This document shows, piece by piece, positions 23,571-35,973 of a stretch of 64,000 bases of DNA. Positions within the stretch are counted from its first letter, which is position 1. Each line of letters opens with the position of its first letter. Both the position numbers and the translations under genes were made by a program. Source of the stretch: Psammoneis japonica (taxonomy: Eukaryota); NCBI GenBank assembly GCA_008632985.1, contig QPGO01000020.1:496001-560000 (forward strand). Reading direction: 5' to 3'. The notes under the pieces were generated by a model. The model was not told where the DNA came from, did no database searches, and saw only the letters and a program-made list of their open reading frames with translations.

Positions 23571-24668
23571 TGTTCACAGAGCTGCTGCCACAAGCCTGTG
23601 ACAACAACATGTGTGAGCCAAACAGTGAGCATTTCATGATTCCCCATGTGAGAGCCACTTTCTGCAAAGAATCACCTGCAGACAAGGGGCACAGCTTGTG
23701 CTCTCATGTCCTCACATGAAGCTGCTGGCTGTTTGGCACTTGTGTGACTGCCACAATTGTGCTCAAGAACCTGAGTCTGGACATGGAGATCAGGTGCTCT
23801 TGTCAATGACATGCAGCTGGCAACTCAGCCAGCTCTGCCAATGTGCACAGAACATCTGAGACAGCTGTTTTCAAATGTCTTCATCCAGCGACATTGCACG
23901 ATGGGCACTTCCCCAAAACTCCAGAGAAGGGTGGTGCCAACGCTGCTTCATTCAGAGGGTCCCAATCTTGCCTCTTTGTTGGCTTGTTGTGGTCATGGAC
24001 ATTTGACACCAGACATCCTCTTTGGACCATTGAAAGCTTTCTGACATGTGAGTTTGCTGCTTCGCTGTTCTTGTGGGCACACATGCGCCAGGCTCGTCAA
24101 GCTGTGACTTCTCCTGTCAACATTGTGGGTTTCTGCAAAATGGCACACAAAGGCAGCACATGATGAAAGAAGTGAGTTTTCTGTGCATCTCATCTTTGAT
24201 GAGTTGCTCAACATTCAACCTTGTTTTTTCTTCGTCTTCCTCATTTTCATTTTCATCTTCTCTTCCTTTTCTCAGCTTGGGCCACCTTGATTGACAGACA
24301 CTCTCCAGATGACCAGCTCACTCTTGCGACATAAATCCATCTTTAGAAAATGATGGCGACGGACAGTGGTGACCTTTCGACGGAATGCCGCTCTGCGGGC
24401 ATTCAACAGCTTCAGAGCAATGATGCAATGATGTCGTTGCTTTGCATGGCCTCGGAATTTTTTGTTTTTGATTTTTTTTCTTGTGGTACTGTGTGGTGTC
24501 TTTGGAAATCATTTTAAAGCTACGTCTCCGTAGGAGACATAATCGTATTCAATCTGTGTTGAAATGTACTTACGCCTATTTTACGTGCTTCTATACCATG
24601 AAGCCGGAATTGCGGGTTCCACGTTCTCTCAGAAATTTGTCAAGCAGCCAGCAGAACGGAGCCGCACC

Positions 24669-26223
24669 ATGACGAATCCTTCCGGTACTCCTCGCTCGTC
24701 GCTGCCTCCCGCGGACGAGCCATGCCTAGATGATAATCATAACGAAGCAAATAGTGGATCAAGTTGTACTGACGGAGCCGATGGTATGCAACAAGAAGAA
24801 CAGGAACAAGTCTCTGACGAGGAAGCTGAGATATCAGATGATGAAGACGAGGAAGACTTTTCTGCATCAGAAGACGACGATGACGACGAAAGAAGCGAAT
24901 GCCATTGCGATGATTGTGAACGCGAGCGCGCCATGTCTGCACTATTTTGCTCTGCCATGGTCACGGACTGCGACTGTGAAGCATGTACGCACAACCGCCA
25001 TATGGCCATGTTTCAGCTCATGATTGAGAGTGGTATTCTCGGAAGAGACGACTCTGATGACGACGAGGATTCTGATGACGACAGCGATGATGATTCAATG
25101 CCTCCATTGCTTGAGCGTGACACACTAGTCAAATGCCGTCCTTGCGTCCCCGTAATAGGTCGGATGACGATCAAGATACCGATAGTGATATGCCTCCGTT
25201 GGAGGGGGACACTGATGTGGAAGATGATGATGTACCACAGGAAAAAGACGATGAAGAGCAAGACGATGACGAAGGCAAGACGAAGACGACGATCAGCAAT
25301 GCTGTGCTGTTTGCTTTTCTCCGCAGGGTCTCGTCGTCTTGCCGTGCTGCGGCTCTGACGGCCGGGAGGAGACTTCCACCACTCGCTTTTGCCGACGGTG
25401 TCTCTTGCAGATTCTGGATTATCAGTCGGCGCAAGTTCTGGTTGGACCATGCCCTCGCTGTCGAATGTTGATTGCTTGGAAGTACTCTGAGGATATTCAT
25501 GTGGCTTCCTTTCGTCAGTGCGTCTTACATGCCGAAAGCCAAGAAGATTCGAGCTACAAGTCCATTCTCTTGTCCATGGCGTTTGGTAATCCTAACTTTT
25601 TGCCATTGGAAATTCTCGACGATGGCCCAGAAAAGGTCAGGCAAATGGTGCAGTGGAATGTTCTTAAGCCTACCAAACGACAAGACGTCTTCAGCGTGGA
25701 GCTTAGTAACCAAATCTTTCTGCGAAAACACCTCGAGCAAAGGCTTCGATCGTACAATGACGACGAGGACGACAGTAGCGACATTTGCAAGGGGTGGATG
25801 CTGGTAGCAGGAAGAATGCTATTTGCAACTTGGGACACGCTGTTGAAATTCAAGCTTTTCGTTTGCGCCCGGCTCCTGCACGAGGCGAGTGTTACTTTTC
25901 TTCGCGCAACAGGTTTCTTCCCATTGGAGCCGCTGTCGCGCTGGCAAGAGGGGCTGGTGGTGCTTTTGAATCTTTTCTTGGGGTTCTGGTTTATTGTCGT
26001 GTTGTGTTTTCTGCTTGTCTGTTTCGTGGTTTGCTACACGTGTGTAGAGGGCGTCAGTGGAATGCTGGGAATGCCAAAGACCGACACGAGAAAGATTGCG
26101 TTTCGGTGTACGTTCAGAATTTTGACTGCGAGCTTTGCTCTTTGGTGGTTGATGACGCACCGTGGTAGTCTCACGGCCTTCATGGCCGGCTTGGGTTTTG
26201 AGCAAACAGAACCGGAGCTGTGA
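24669..26223 (+). CDS. Acidic N-terminus + RING-like zinc finger + C-terminal TM segments; paralog of 28344..29672; two frameshifts (~25140, ~25272), so pseudogene or assembly error
   Basis: CAVCFSPQGLVVLPCCGSDGREETSTTRFCRRCL...GPCPRCR; shared MAFGN..FLP.E, QMVQWNVLKPT, RLLHE with the paralog. Confidence 0.7.
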
Positions 26224-26529
26224 ATGATTTGGTACGCTTTTCATTGCGTCCTTTCTCACTGCTGATCGACGATGCATGGGGCTTGAATCATACTATAATG
26301 TCATTTTTCACGCGATTAAAGGCTCTGGCAAGGGAGTCTTCTGCTCTACTTCTAGCTAGTCTCACATCTTACCTGCTGTGTACAAACAGTATATCCTATA
26401 GAATGTCACAAATCTAGTCGCTTGTACCCTTTTGCTTGCGCACCTGCATACCGGTATCACCACTGTCGACACTAAAGTAAGTAACACACCGCATACTCTC
26501 TAGCTAGCTGCTTGATGACTCTCTACAAC

Positions 26530-28290
26530 GCTCGTGCGCAAGAAATTGACGGCGTCTCCAAATCGAACTACGACTGACCAGGATTCGCACAGCAACAGCT
26601 GCCACTGGAGCCAGTGGAGCTGGCCAACGCAGCGGACGCAAAAAGCTGTCCGCGCGCGACACACACCTCTCAGTTCGGCTCCAACAATGTCTGTGACCTT
26701 GGCAACTCTCAGGCTAAAGGAGTGCACTCCATGCTTGCCTTGGTCAGGTCCTGTTACAATGGCAGTCCAGAGGAAAGCAAAGCTGCTTGCAAAGAATTGG
26801 GAGAACTTCTCTGTTCTTGCCATCACGGTGCGGCAAAGAAAGGGTGCTGTCTTTGCATTGGAAGAGAAAAACTTTTCACTTTGTTCAACAGCAACAAGGA
26901 AAACACCCATCTGATCAAGTGCTTGACTCTGCTCCTCAAAAGCTCAAAAGGTGGAGGGCAAAGGTCACCCATGCCTGCAGAGGCAGCACCATGAAGCCAT
27001 GAAAAGCAAGTGTTGCCAAAGCAAGCAATCCCCCCAGAAGCCACTTGCTGTTTTTTGAGCACATCTTGGCTGGAATGTTGCACTTTGTTCCCAACACTTG
27101 ACCTGCTTCAAAACACAGCAATCCTGCCAGCGAGAGAATCAAATTTTGATTTTTTGCAAGAGGGGCCAACAAGAGACATTGAAGAGTGTTTTTGTGGGGC
27201 AGAGGGTCACAGCAGCATCTTGAGTTGTTTTTGGGTGTGTGCAATTATCTGGCAAAGGCCAAGTCTGCCAATCCCAAAATGTGCCAACTTTGCAAATTGA
27301 GCACTGGACAGATGACAAGCAATGGTGTGTTCTTGACAAAGGTCTTCCAAAAACTGGCGCACTTTGCATGGTGCAGCTCATTTGTTTTTTTGACAAGTGT
27401 GCATCAAATGTGCTCAACAGCAGACCTGCACACTTGCAGTGCCCTTGGCCAGCTCAAAAGTGCCAGGCAGGCAACCAGATGACTGCCTGACAAACAACCA
27501 TGCAAACAATGAAAGCAGTGCCCAATGAAAGAAGAGTCAACATGTATGGGGAGCTTTTTGGCTTTCTTTTGAAAACTTAAATCTCACCTCATTGTCATCA
27601 TGGCGCGGATGGTTGGGTCTCACATGCGCTGTTGCTCTTGTGGCAGTGCTGGTGCACTGACAAACCATGTTTTGTGTGGAGGGAGTTTCTGAATTTTTCC
27701 AAATCAGTGATTTGGATGGCATGTGGTCTGACCCTGGCTGGTGCAGTTGCTGGCAGAGTGCGGCAATGCACGGTGTGAACAGCAACCTTGCAATGTGGAG
27801 ACACCCAGCTGCGTGGCTGCGTGCACAGCATGAGTTGCTGCTCTGCAGGACATCAAGCTTGCAAGATGGTGACTCTCTCACAATCTTGCAAATTGACAAG
27901 GTTGAGGAGGTTGTCATTTGTTTTTTCATTGTCACGAGCCAGTCTGGCAGTGTTGTGTTTCTTTGTTTTTGGGGCGTTGTCGGCGATGCTCGGCTTTGGG
28001 CACATTTGCTTGGGGGGCAACTCCAACACCCCGCACATTTTTCTAGCAGAATTTTTGCACTTTTAGAGCCACAGGCAGAGATGTTGCCTCACACAAAAAA
28101 CATTGCCATTTGCTTTGGCTCACTGCTATTTTTAGAGTGTTGGCTTCAACCGCCGCGCTGATCAGACCGCGCCCGCGCCCGCGCGCTGCCCGCATCACCG
28201 CCATGACGCTCGATGCCCGCAACCGCAACCCGCAACGCACAGCCCATGGTACTTTCTCCCCTTTCTCTCATCACCCACCACCAGCACTCT
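26530..28290. other. TpA-depleted decayed insertion between the two RING-like paralogs
   Basis: TA nearly absent, CpG low in the core, CpG-rich ends; no identifiable protein. Confidence 0.65.
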
Positions 28291-28343
28291 AACGTAATAT
28301 CACTCCCAACATTGATCACCAACCACACTTACGAAGCTCCATC

Positions 28344-29672
28344 ATGTCTGGAAGTTATGACGATGAAGAAACAGTAAACTCTGGCGAAGAAGAAGAAGAA
28401 GATTCTGATTATGTTGAAATCATGTATGCGAGCGACATCGACTCTGACAATGTTGATGATGATTCATCTGTCTTTGACTGCGTCTATGATTGCGAAAGCG
28501 ATTGTCCTTGCGACTCGTGTCAACGTGATCGAGTGAGGCGTCAGAATCAGTGCAATTGTGACAGTTGTCAAATTGAGCGTCAGCGAGGATTATTTCGTTT
28601 CTTTTTGTTTGGCGCTCCCTCCTCCGCGAATCACAGCAACGACTACAGTAGTGATGACGATGAAGATTCCATCAATAACAGCATTGATAATAGCCAAGAC
28701 ACTATTGCAGAGCAAGATCAGTACTGTGCCGTCTGTTATGGAAAAGCCACCGAGATCCCTGAAGGTTTGGCGACGCTCCCGTGCTGTGGTTCGGACGGAC
28801 GAGAAGACAGTTCTAGTACTCGCTTTTGTCCCAAATGTCTCATTCAGATTCTACAAGTACAGCGTCATGGACTCTTGGTGGGTCCCTGTCCTCGTTGTCG
28901 CCACTTAATTGCTTGGGAGTTGCGACAAGAGATTCGAAGCGCCACTTTTCGTGAATGCATGATGTTTGCAGAGTCGCGCGGTCCGGGATACAGAAGCATC
29001 CTACTCAACATGGCGTTTGGCAATCGGCGCTTCTTGCCGATTGAAATGCTCCATAAGGATCCAGGACAGGTGCATCAGATGGTACAGTGGAATGTGCTGA
29101 AACCCACCGGACGCGACGATGTGTTTTGTGTGGAAGGAGCGAATCAAGCCGTTCTCCGAAGCTATCTAGAAGGCAGGTTTCGGTCCTTTGTCACCGATGG
29201 GACTGCCTTTAACGGATGGAAAATCGCGGCTCCCGTCATGTTCCGTGCAAGTGTGTACGCTTTGCTCGATTTCAAATTGTGGATCAGTCTGCGTCTGCTA
29301 CACGAAACGAGCATTGTCTTTCTTCGATCCATTGGTGTCTTTCCTTTGGAGGATCTGTCGTGGTTCAAGACTGCCGTGGTGGCACTCATGCATATCTTTG
29401 TTGCCACGCTAGTTGGTATTGTTGTCACGTGTCTCTTTGCCTGTCTAGTGGCAACCTATGTCGCTGTCGAGTTGTGCAGTTTGATCTTGGGCAACAAAAT
29501 GACTGGAATTCGGCGACTCCTCTTTATTTTTACTCTTGCCATGATTGCGATGGGGGTTGCGCTCTCCTTCTTGACAAAGTGGTTGTTTTGGGGCAACGCT
29601 GCGATCAGTAGTGCGGATATTGCTGATATTACTTGTGTTGCAATGGAGGACCAAGTTCGCATTGAACTATGA
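28344..29672 (+). CDS. RING-like zinc finger membrane protein (442 aa), putative E3 ligase-like
   Basis: Intact ORF; CAVC..LPCC..FCPKC..CPRC spacing; C-terminal hydrophobic helices; normal composition. Confidence 0.85.
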   Translation: MSGSYDDEETVNSGEEEEEDSDYVEIMYASDIDSDNVDDDSSVFDCVYDCESDCPCDSCQRDRVRRQNQCNCDSCQIERQRGLFRFFLFGAPSSANHSNDYSSDDDEDSINNSIDNSQDTIAEQDQYCAVCYGKATEIPEGLATLPCCGSDGREDSSSTRFCPKCLIQILQVQRHGLLVGPCPRCRHLIAWELRQEIRSATFRECMMFAESRGPGYRSILLNMAFGNRRFLPIEMLHKDPGQVHQMVQWNVLKPTGRDDVFCVEGANQAVLRSYLEGRFRSFVTDGTAFNGWKIAAPVMFRASVYALLDFKLWISLRLLHETSIVFLRSIGVFPLEDLSWFKTAVVALMHIFVATLVGIVVTCLFACLVATYVAVELCSLILGNKMTGIRRLLFIFTLAMIAMGVALSFLTKWLFWGNAAISSADIADITCVAMEDQVRIEL

Positions 29673-32600
29673 TAATAACATGCGAACACACTTGTTCTGT
29701 GCCGACTAAAAGTTACATTTAATCAGATACACTCTTCTCTCTTACCGTAGAGAGCAAGTGCAATAGTCGCTAGCAGGGTCCACTCGCTGGACTAGTTCTG
29801 CTGGAGCTCCAGGGAGATCCGTTCGTTTACCATGCAACGGACAGTTGTGATGGTTCGAGGAATGCGGCGTTTCGTTTCGTTTTCAGCCAGGAGGGTCCGC
29901 AAAGTTTGGAGATGAGGCGAGGATGGGGCAGACATACAAATAATGGAGGTGCGGCACTCGCTCTAATTAGATCGGGAACCTGTCCAAATTGAAACAGACG
30001 CAAGGACAAAAGTCCGGTTTCAACGGATTTCCGTTGACCACAATGCTTTTTCACTGGCCTTGAATGTTGCATTCATGTTGAGCAATGAAAACTTGCTCTC
30101 TTTGTGGCATGGTGTTTGCACAAAATGTGCAAGTCCACAACTTGCATTGCCAACATTCATCGTTGAACATGCACATTTCCCAGTTGCTCGCAACACGCCC
30201 AAACTGCAGCAGCACAAAGTGGTGCATGCCGCCGGGTGCCGCGATGTCTCAATGCGCCTTTTGCCGATTTTCCATTTTTGGCACACCTTTTGCCAATTTT
30301 TGGTTTTCTTGCTTCCTTTTTGATGACAAGCGCGCAAGTCATCCCACAAGCTTGGCCCCGCTGCGCGCCTGCAGGTTTGCGGGTTTGTCAAAAGTGCCCC
30401 AAAAAAATTGGCTGTGTGCCGCTGCCTCGACTCTCAGCAGCACTTTCGCCAGCCTTTTGCTGATTTTGCTGCCTGGGCAATGCTCCAACACACCCCGCAA
30501 GCTTTTTCCTTGCAGATCGCTTGCTTGGTTGCGCCCTGGTTGAGTGCCGAGCACTGAGTGGGTGAGCCACGCAACACCCCGCTGAACATGCACAGCACTC
30601 ACCTCTTGCTTTTCTTTGATCTGCGCCCATTGTGCTGCAGAAAACTCTGGAGCATGGAGCAGCTTCAGCGGCAGTCTGCAATCTGCTGCTGCTGGGAAGA
30701 GCAGCGCTGAGCCAAGACCGCTCTTCCGCGAGTGGCCAACCTGCCGCTTTTGGGAAGAGCAGCATTGCTGGGTGGTGAGCGCCAGCAACAAGCACAGCTG
30801 CGCTGCCACAAGCAGGTGGGGTGAGAACACCTGGCAGCTGAGTGGGCAGCACAGCCCTTTTTGGCATGCATCAAAAGACTTGCTCTGCACTCCAAACTCT
30901 TGGCCACATTCGCCCCCATTTCCAGCGCTGGCCTCTCTGCTTGCTGCATCTTTTCTGGGGTTTGCACTGCTCTGCACAGGCTGATGTGGAGTGCACTTGC
31001 TCTGGAGCAGATGGGTGGGGAAAGCAAGCTCTGCTTTGTTGTCATTTGGCCAGGTGCACCCTGCTGGCAACGGGGAAGGCATCCAAGTGTTTGTCTGCTG
31101 ACACCGCGCAGACGCTCTTGCTTGCCTGAGCAAACTTCCACTGCTGCTTGTTGAGTCCCGTCCCTTGGCAATGCTCAGCATGACATGAAAAGATTTGTCC
31201 ACACCGCATTTTCAACATCTCCTTTTCTCACCTTTTGCTCATCATTCTTTCTTCTTGCTCCAGAAGACACAGCATTTTGAAAAGGTTGGTGGCTGGCACA
31301 TGGAGCACAGCCGGGTGTGTGCACTTGCCAGGAAGCAGCTTGCCCACAAAGGGAAGGGCTGCAGCTGGCTCTTGGGGCAGGGGCAGAGCTCTGCACCATT
31401 TGTGCTGTTGGCATTGGAGGCATCTCCCGTCATCGTCAAAGCTGTGGCGCTCCTTGCTGAGCAACCCCGGTCTGTTGAGTTGAGCCTCTCAACTTTTTTT
31501 CAAGGCTTTGTTTGCTTCTTTCATTTTTGGCACAGTTTTGGCAATGTCCCCGGCTTGCTTGAGCTCCTTTCAACATGCCATGAAATGGGGTGCATTGTTG
31601 TGCATCACATCAATTTTTGGTCTCTTGCCATCAAAAATTTGACATTTCACCCCGCTGAATGCGTGGACAGCTGTCCGCTCATTCTGCTTGTTGGCTGTTG
31701 TCACTTTGACAGCTGGCGCAGCTCCAACAGAAAAAAATGATTTCTGTGGGTGGCTCAACCAGCTTGATGATGCCTCTTTTCTGATTGAGTTTTTTTGCAA
31801 TCCAGAAGGCTGGTGCAGGTGACTCTTGGTGCTTGGGTGCAGACTTTGGTGCCGCCAACTTTGTGTGCATCAACTGTCCTCAACACTTTGTCTTCTGGGC
31901 TGCTCTCTCAGGCAATGCCCTTGATGTCAAACTCCTCCCAACCATTTTTGAAGTCTGCAGTTGTCTCCCACTTTGAAGGTGGTGCTTCAAGCAGCTCTTC
32001 CCATGACACACTGACCTTCATTTCTTGCTCAACTTCCCAGCCACTGCAGCAGTTGGCACATTTTGTGGGCAGTCTGAAAACATGAACACTCATGTCATGG
32101 CTCCAATGGTGAACAAATTTATGCAACAAAGCAGCAACAAACCTGGGAGAGTGGCTGAAGGCCCAGAGCAGCTGTCTCACTTTTTGACAACATCCTTCAA
32201 GTGCAGTGGCTCCATGAAGGCACTTGAAAAGCGGGGCTCAGTGTGAGTCAGTGCCAACCTGAACACAGCATGACATGGAAGTGTGCCCCTTTTGTGTGTG
32301 ACAAAGCACCGCCTTGTGCAGGTTCCGTGCTTTCTGTTGAAACAGTGGCTTGCTGATCTTTGCATCAAGCACATTTGCAAGAAGATTTGCTGGCTTCATG
32401 AGCTCTCTCTCCAGCTCTTTTGGGCCCAGAACAATGCAACGGACCTGCGTTCAAAAAGAGTTCCAGGGCAATGTGTTGATTTTGTCTTTGCTGCAGGCAC
32501 TCTTTTGCAGTGCTTCCTCAACAACCTCAGTGATGTTCCCGCATGGGACAAAGAAAACATCAGATGATCGAGCCATGAACACTCCAAATGCACCATGGTT

Positions 32601-32699
32601 TTTTGACAGAACCTCCCTGAGCCAAGTGAGTGTGTGCCCAATGTCTTGTTTTGTGTGGAGACCATGCTGCAGCTGTGTTGGCTCATCTTCAACATTTGT

Positions 32700-34195
32700 G
32701 TCACACTTGTCCCCATCATCTCCATCTTGATTCTCAGCATCATGGGCTGCAGCTGGTGGGGAGCATCTTTGTCATCATTGCCATCATCATCTTGATCTGA
32801 TGCTCTCTCCTGTGCTCTTCTCATGTGTGCAGTGAACTCTGCCAGCACTTGTTGCTGTTTGGGTGCAAAGTGCAAGTTTCTGACTTCCCGCGTGACCCCT
32901 TTTGTGCACCATCTGCAATGGTGTCCTCAGTGCTTTGGTTTGACATTTTTGGCACAACTGCTGCAGGTTGCTTGGCTGTGTCCATTCAAACTTTGACAGC
33001 AGCATGATTGAAAAATGCCACGTGCAGATGCCGGCTCTGCTGCACCCAGAATTTGTTGGTTGTGCACAGCAACAATGAGTCATTTTCCTTTGGTTCCTTC
33101 ACATCTGGTGGTGGAGTGGCTCTTGGGTCCACAAAATGCATGGCAGTCATTTTCAAGCTCATTTTCAAGCATGACATCATTTGAGTGTGCAAGTCAGTGG
33201 CAGCGCGGCAAAACAGTGCTCCTCATCAACAGCAGCTTGCTCCAATCAAACAGTGTCACAGTCAGCTGTGCATGTTCACTCCCATCCAAAAGGAGCCATG
33301 GCTGTGTCATGAAGACCAGCTGTTGTTCTCTCCACAACACCTTGCTCCCTTTCAATCTGAGCCAGCTTCCTTTGTCTGCATCAACCTTGGAAGCCACTCT
33401 TGTCTTTGGCATTTGCACACACTCAGCCTTGTCATCTCCATCTTCATTCTTGATGTCAGGTGGCAGGGCTGCAGTGGGTGGAACATCTTCATCATCGTTG
33501 CTGTCATCTTGATTGGACACTCTCTCCTGCACTCTTCTTGCATGGCAGCACATGGTGAAATCTGCTGGTGTTTGTTGCTTTTCAGGTGCAGCTCAATCAA
33601 AAGTTTCTGGCTTCCCACACAACATCTTTGGCCCCATCTGCAACAACCACATCCTCAATGCTTTGACTCAACATTTTTGGCACAACAGCTGCAGGCCACT
33701 CAACTGCATTGATTCAAACTTTGATGGCAGAGTGCAGTCAATGGAAATGCCACAAGGAGCTGCTGACTCTGCTGCACCCAGAAAAGCAGCCTCTGCAGCT
33801 GCCACACAGAGACTTGTTGGCTGTGTGCAGCAAGAACAATGAGTCATTTTCCTTCAGCTCCTTTGTGTCTGGCAGTGGAATGGCTCTTGGATCCACAAAA
33901 TGTGCAAAAGCCATTTTCAAGCATGACATCATTTGAGCGCATGAGTCAATGGCAGCATGGCAACAGCTCTCATCATCAATGGTGGCTTGCCTCCAATCAA
34001 ACAGTTGCAGTTGGTTGTCTTTGTTTGCTCCACATCCAAAAAGAGCCTTGGCTGTGTCATGAAGACCAGCTGCTGCCCTCTCCTCCACAACACCTTGCTC
34101 CTTGACCATGTGCTGCAGGCATGTTGCATTGGCCAACAATGCTCCAGTCTGAGCCAGCTTCCTTTTGTCTGCATCAATCTTGGAAGCTGCTTTCT
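32700..34195 (+). repeat. Diverged tandem duplication (~32700-33410 and ~33420-34195)
   Basis: Shared acatttttggcacaac, ctctgctgcacccagaa, aacaatgagtcattttcctt, ttttcaagcatgacatcatttgag, ggctgtgtcatgaagaccagctg, tctgagccagcttcc. Confidence 0.88.
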
Positions 34196-35908
34196 TCATG
34201 AGTGCAGACTCCCCCAAGAGAAGCTTGAGTTCATCAAGCAATGGCAACGCAAAAATGCTGTTTTCCAAATCTGGTGCAGTCACTTGAGCAGTGGGGGGGG
34301 GGCACCCTTGGCCCTGACAGTCCACTTGGCATCAATTGACAATGCGCCCCAGTTGTTCTTGGCACATTTGATGAGGATGTCCTTGGAGGTGGCATCTGCA
34401 ACTTGCTCGGCAGAGAACGTGATCGGCAGCTTGAGAATGTCAAGACATGCAACAAATTTGAAACCTGTTCAAGGCTTCCTTGTTGGAGCCCATTTCACCT
34501 TGCTCTTTGTCAGCTGATGCCACACCACCCAAGAAAGCATGCTCCATTTCTTTTTCTGTTTCTGGAATGAAGGAATGGAGAATGGGCTCCTTGCCATTGC
34601 TGTTGTCTCCTTTGCAAAATGAGCACTCATCACAGCACATCTGTCTGCTGTGACAACATTTGGGCCTTCAAAGCCATGCACTTGACTCTGTTGGTCAAGG
34701 CCATGCAGGCTGTCCCCCACTTTCAATGGGGTTGTCCCCACAACAAGTCAGAGCATCAGCATCTGTCCAAACTCATTCATTGCCAAGTGCAGACCAACAA
34801 AACCTCTTGCACTCTCAGCCAGGAGAGCGACCTTTCCAGTTTTGACAAAATGGTCCCCAGACAGGAATGGGCCACCATTTGTTGTCATTTTGTGGTGACA
34901 GTGAGAAATGCTGGATTCAATTTCTAATGTTGTTGCTTCCAATGGACAGATCACAGATGGCACCTGCATTTCCACCCACTCATCATCAAAAGTCAAAATG
35001 CAAAGCTCAGTTTTTGATGTGACTCTCTTTCCCAACCAAGTTGTGAGCAAAACTGGCATGTCCTTGCCATGTCTTTGCTTTCACAGCATGTGTTGCTTGC
35101 ATCTCTCAGTCAGTGACTTGACAAGCCCAAACCTGCTCATGTGCCACATGACAGCTTAGATCTCATCTTGTCAGCAAGCACCCATTCTTTGATGGCACCT
35201 TCAGGGGCAATTTTGTGTCCATTTTGCTGCCACCAATTTTGAGCATGCTCAGGTGATTGTGACAAGAATGATGCAGAGTCATGACCACAGAATGTGCGGC
35301 TCTCTCTGTTGCTTGTGCAGCGGCTCTCCTTCTGCACTTGTGTGCACATGCACATGCCCAACACTGGCTTCATTTGGATGCTCCCCACATGCATGCCTGG
35401 CACAATCTGAGCATCCAAGATGGCTGACACACTCAGTTTCTCCAGGATGAAAAAGGCAGCAGGGCCTGCATTCTGGCCAAAACAGTGACCGCCAACAACC
35501 CCCCAGCCCAAAAAACATGATGGGTGGCAGCTCTGCAAAATCCTCACAAGAGAGTGGCATGGTGTGCTCTTTTTCCACATTTTCGTGTCCTGGACCAAAA
35601 TGAAAGTCATTTGCTGTGTCAGAAGACAAGCCAACCATTGAAGAGCAAAACATCTCTGATGCCAGCTTCCACATGGCTCATGTTTGCCATTCAGCTTGAA
35701 CCCAACATGCTTTTTGAGATGCTCTGACAACTTGTTGCACACTTTCAAGGTGTGTGTGCCATCTTTCACAAAAGGTCATTCCTGTCTTGTTGCGAAGCCT
35801 TTGCTGTTCCATTGGAAGCACAAGTTTCTGCTGCCCTGTTTCCATGGTGACTCCTGGCAGCAGCTGCAGCGCCAATGGCAAAACTGTTCTCCTCTGCTGT
35901 TTTCTTTG

Positions 35909-35973
35909 CTGCACTCATCATTCTTGCCACTGTGTTTTCTGCACTCATCATTCTTGCCACTGTGTTTTCTGCA
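35909..35973 (+). repeat. Perfect 30-bp tandem duplication (ctgcactcatcattcttgccactgtgtttt x2)
   Basis: Read directly. Confidence 0.9.

Noticed and set aside
13500..24330. Classical RIP or CpG deamination as the sole explanation
   Set aside because: C->T changes cannot remove TpA (RIP increases it), and CpG is well retained in 13500-22300
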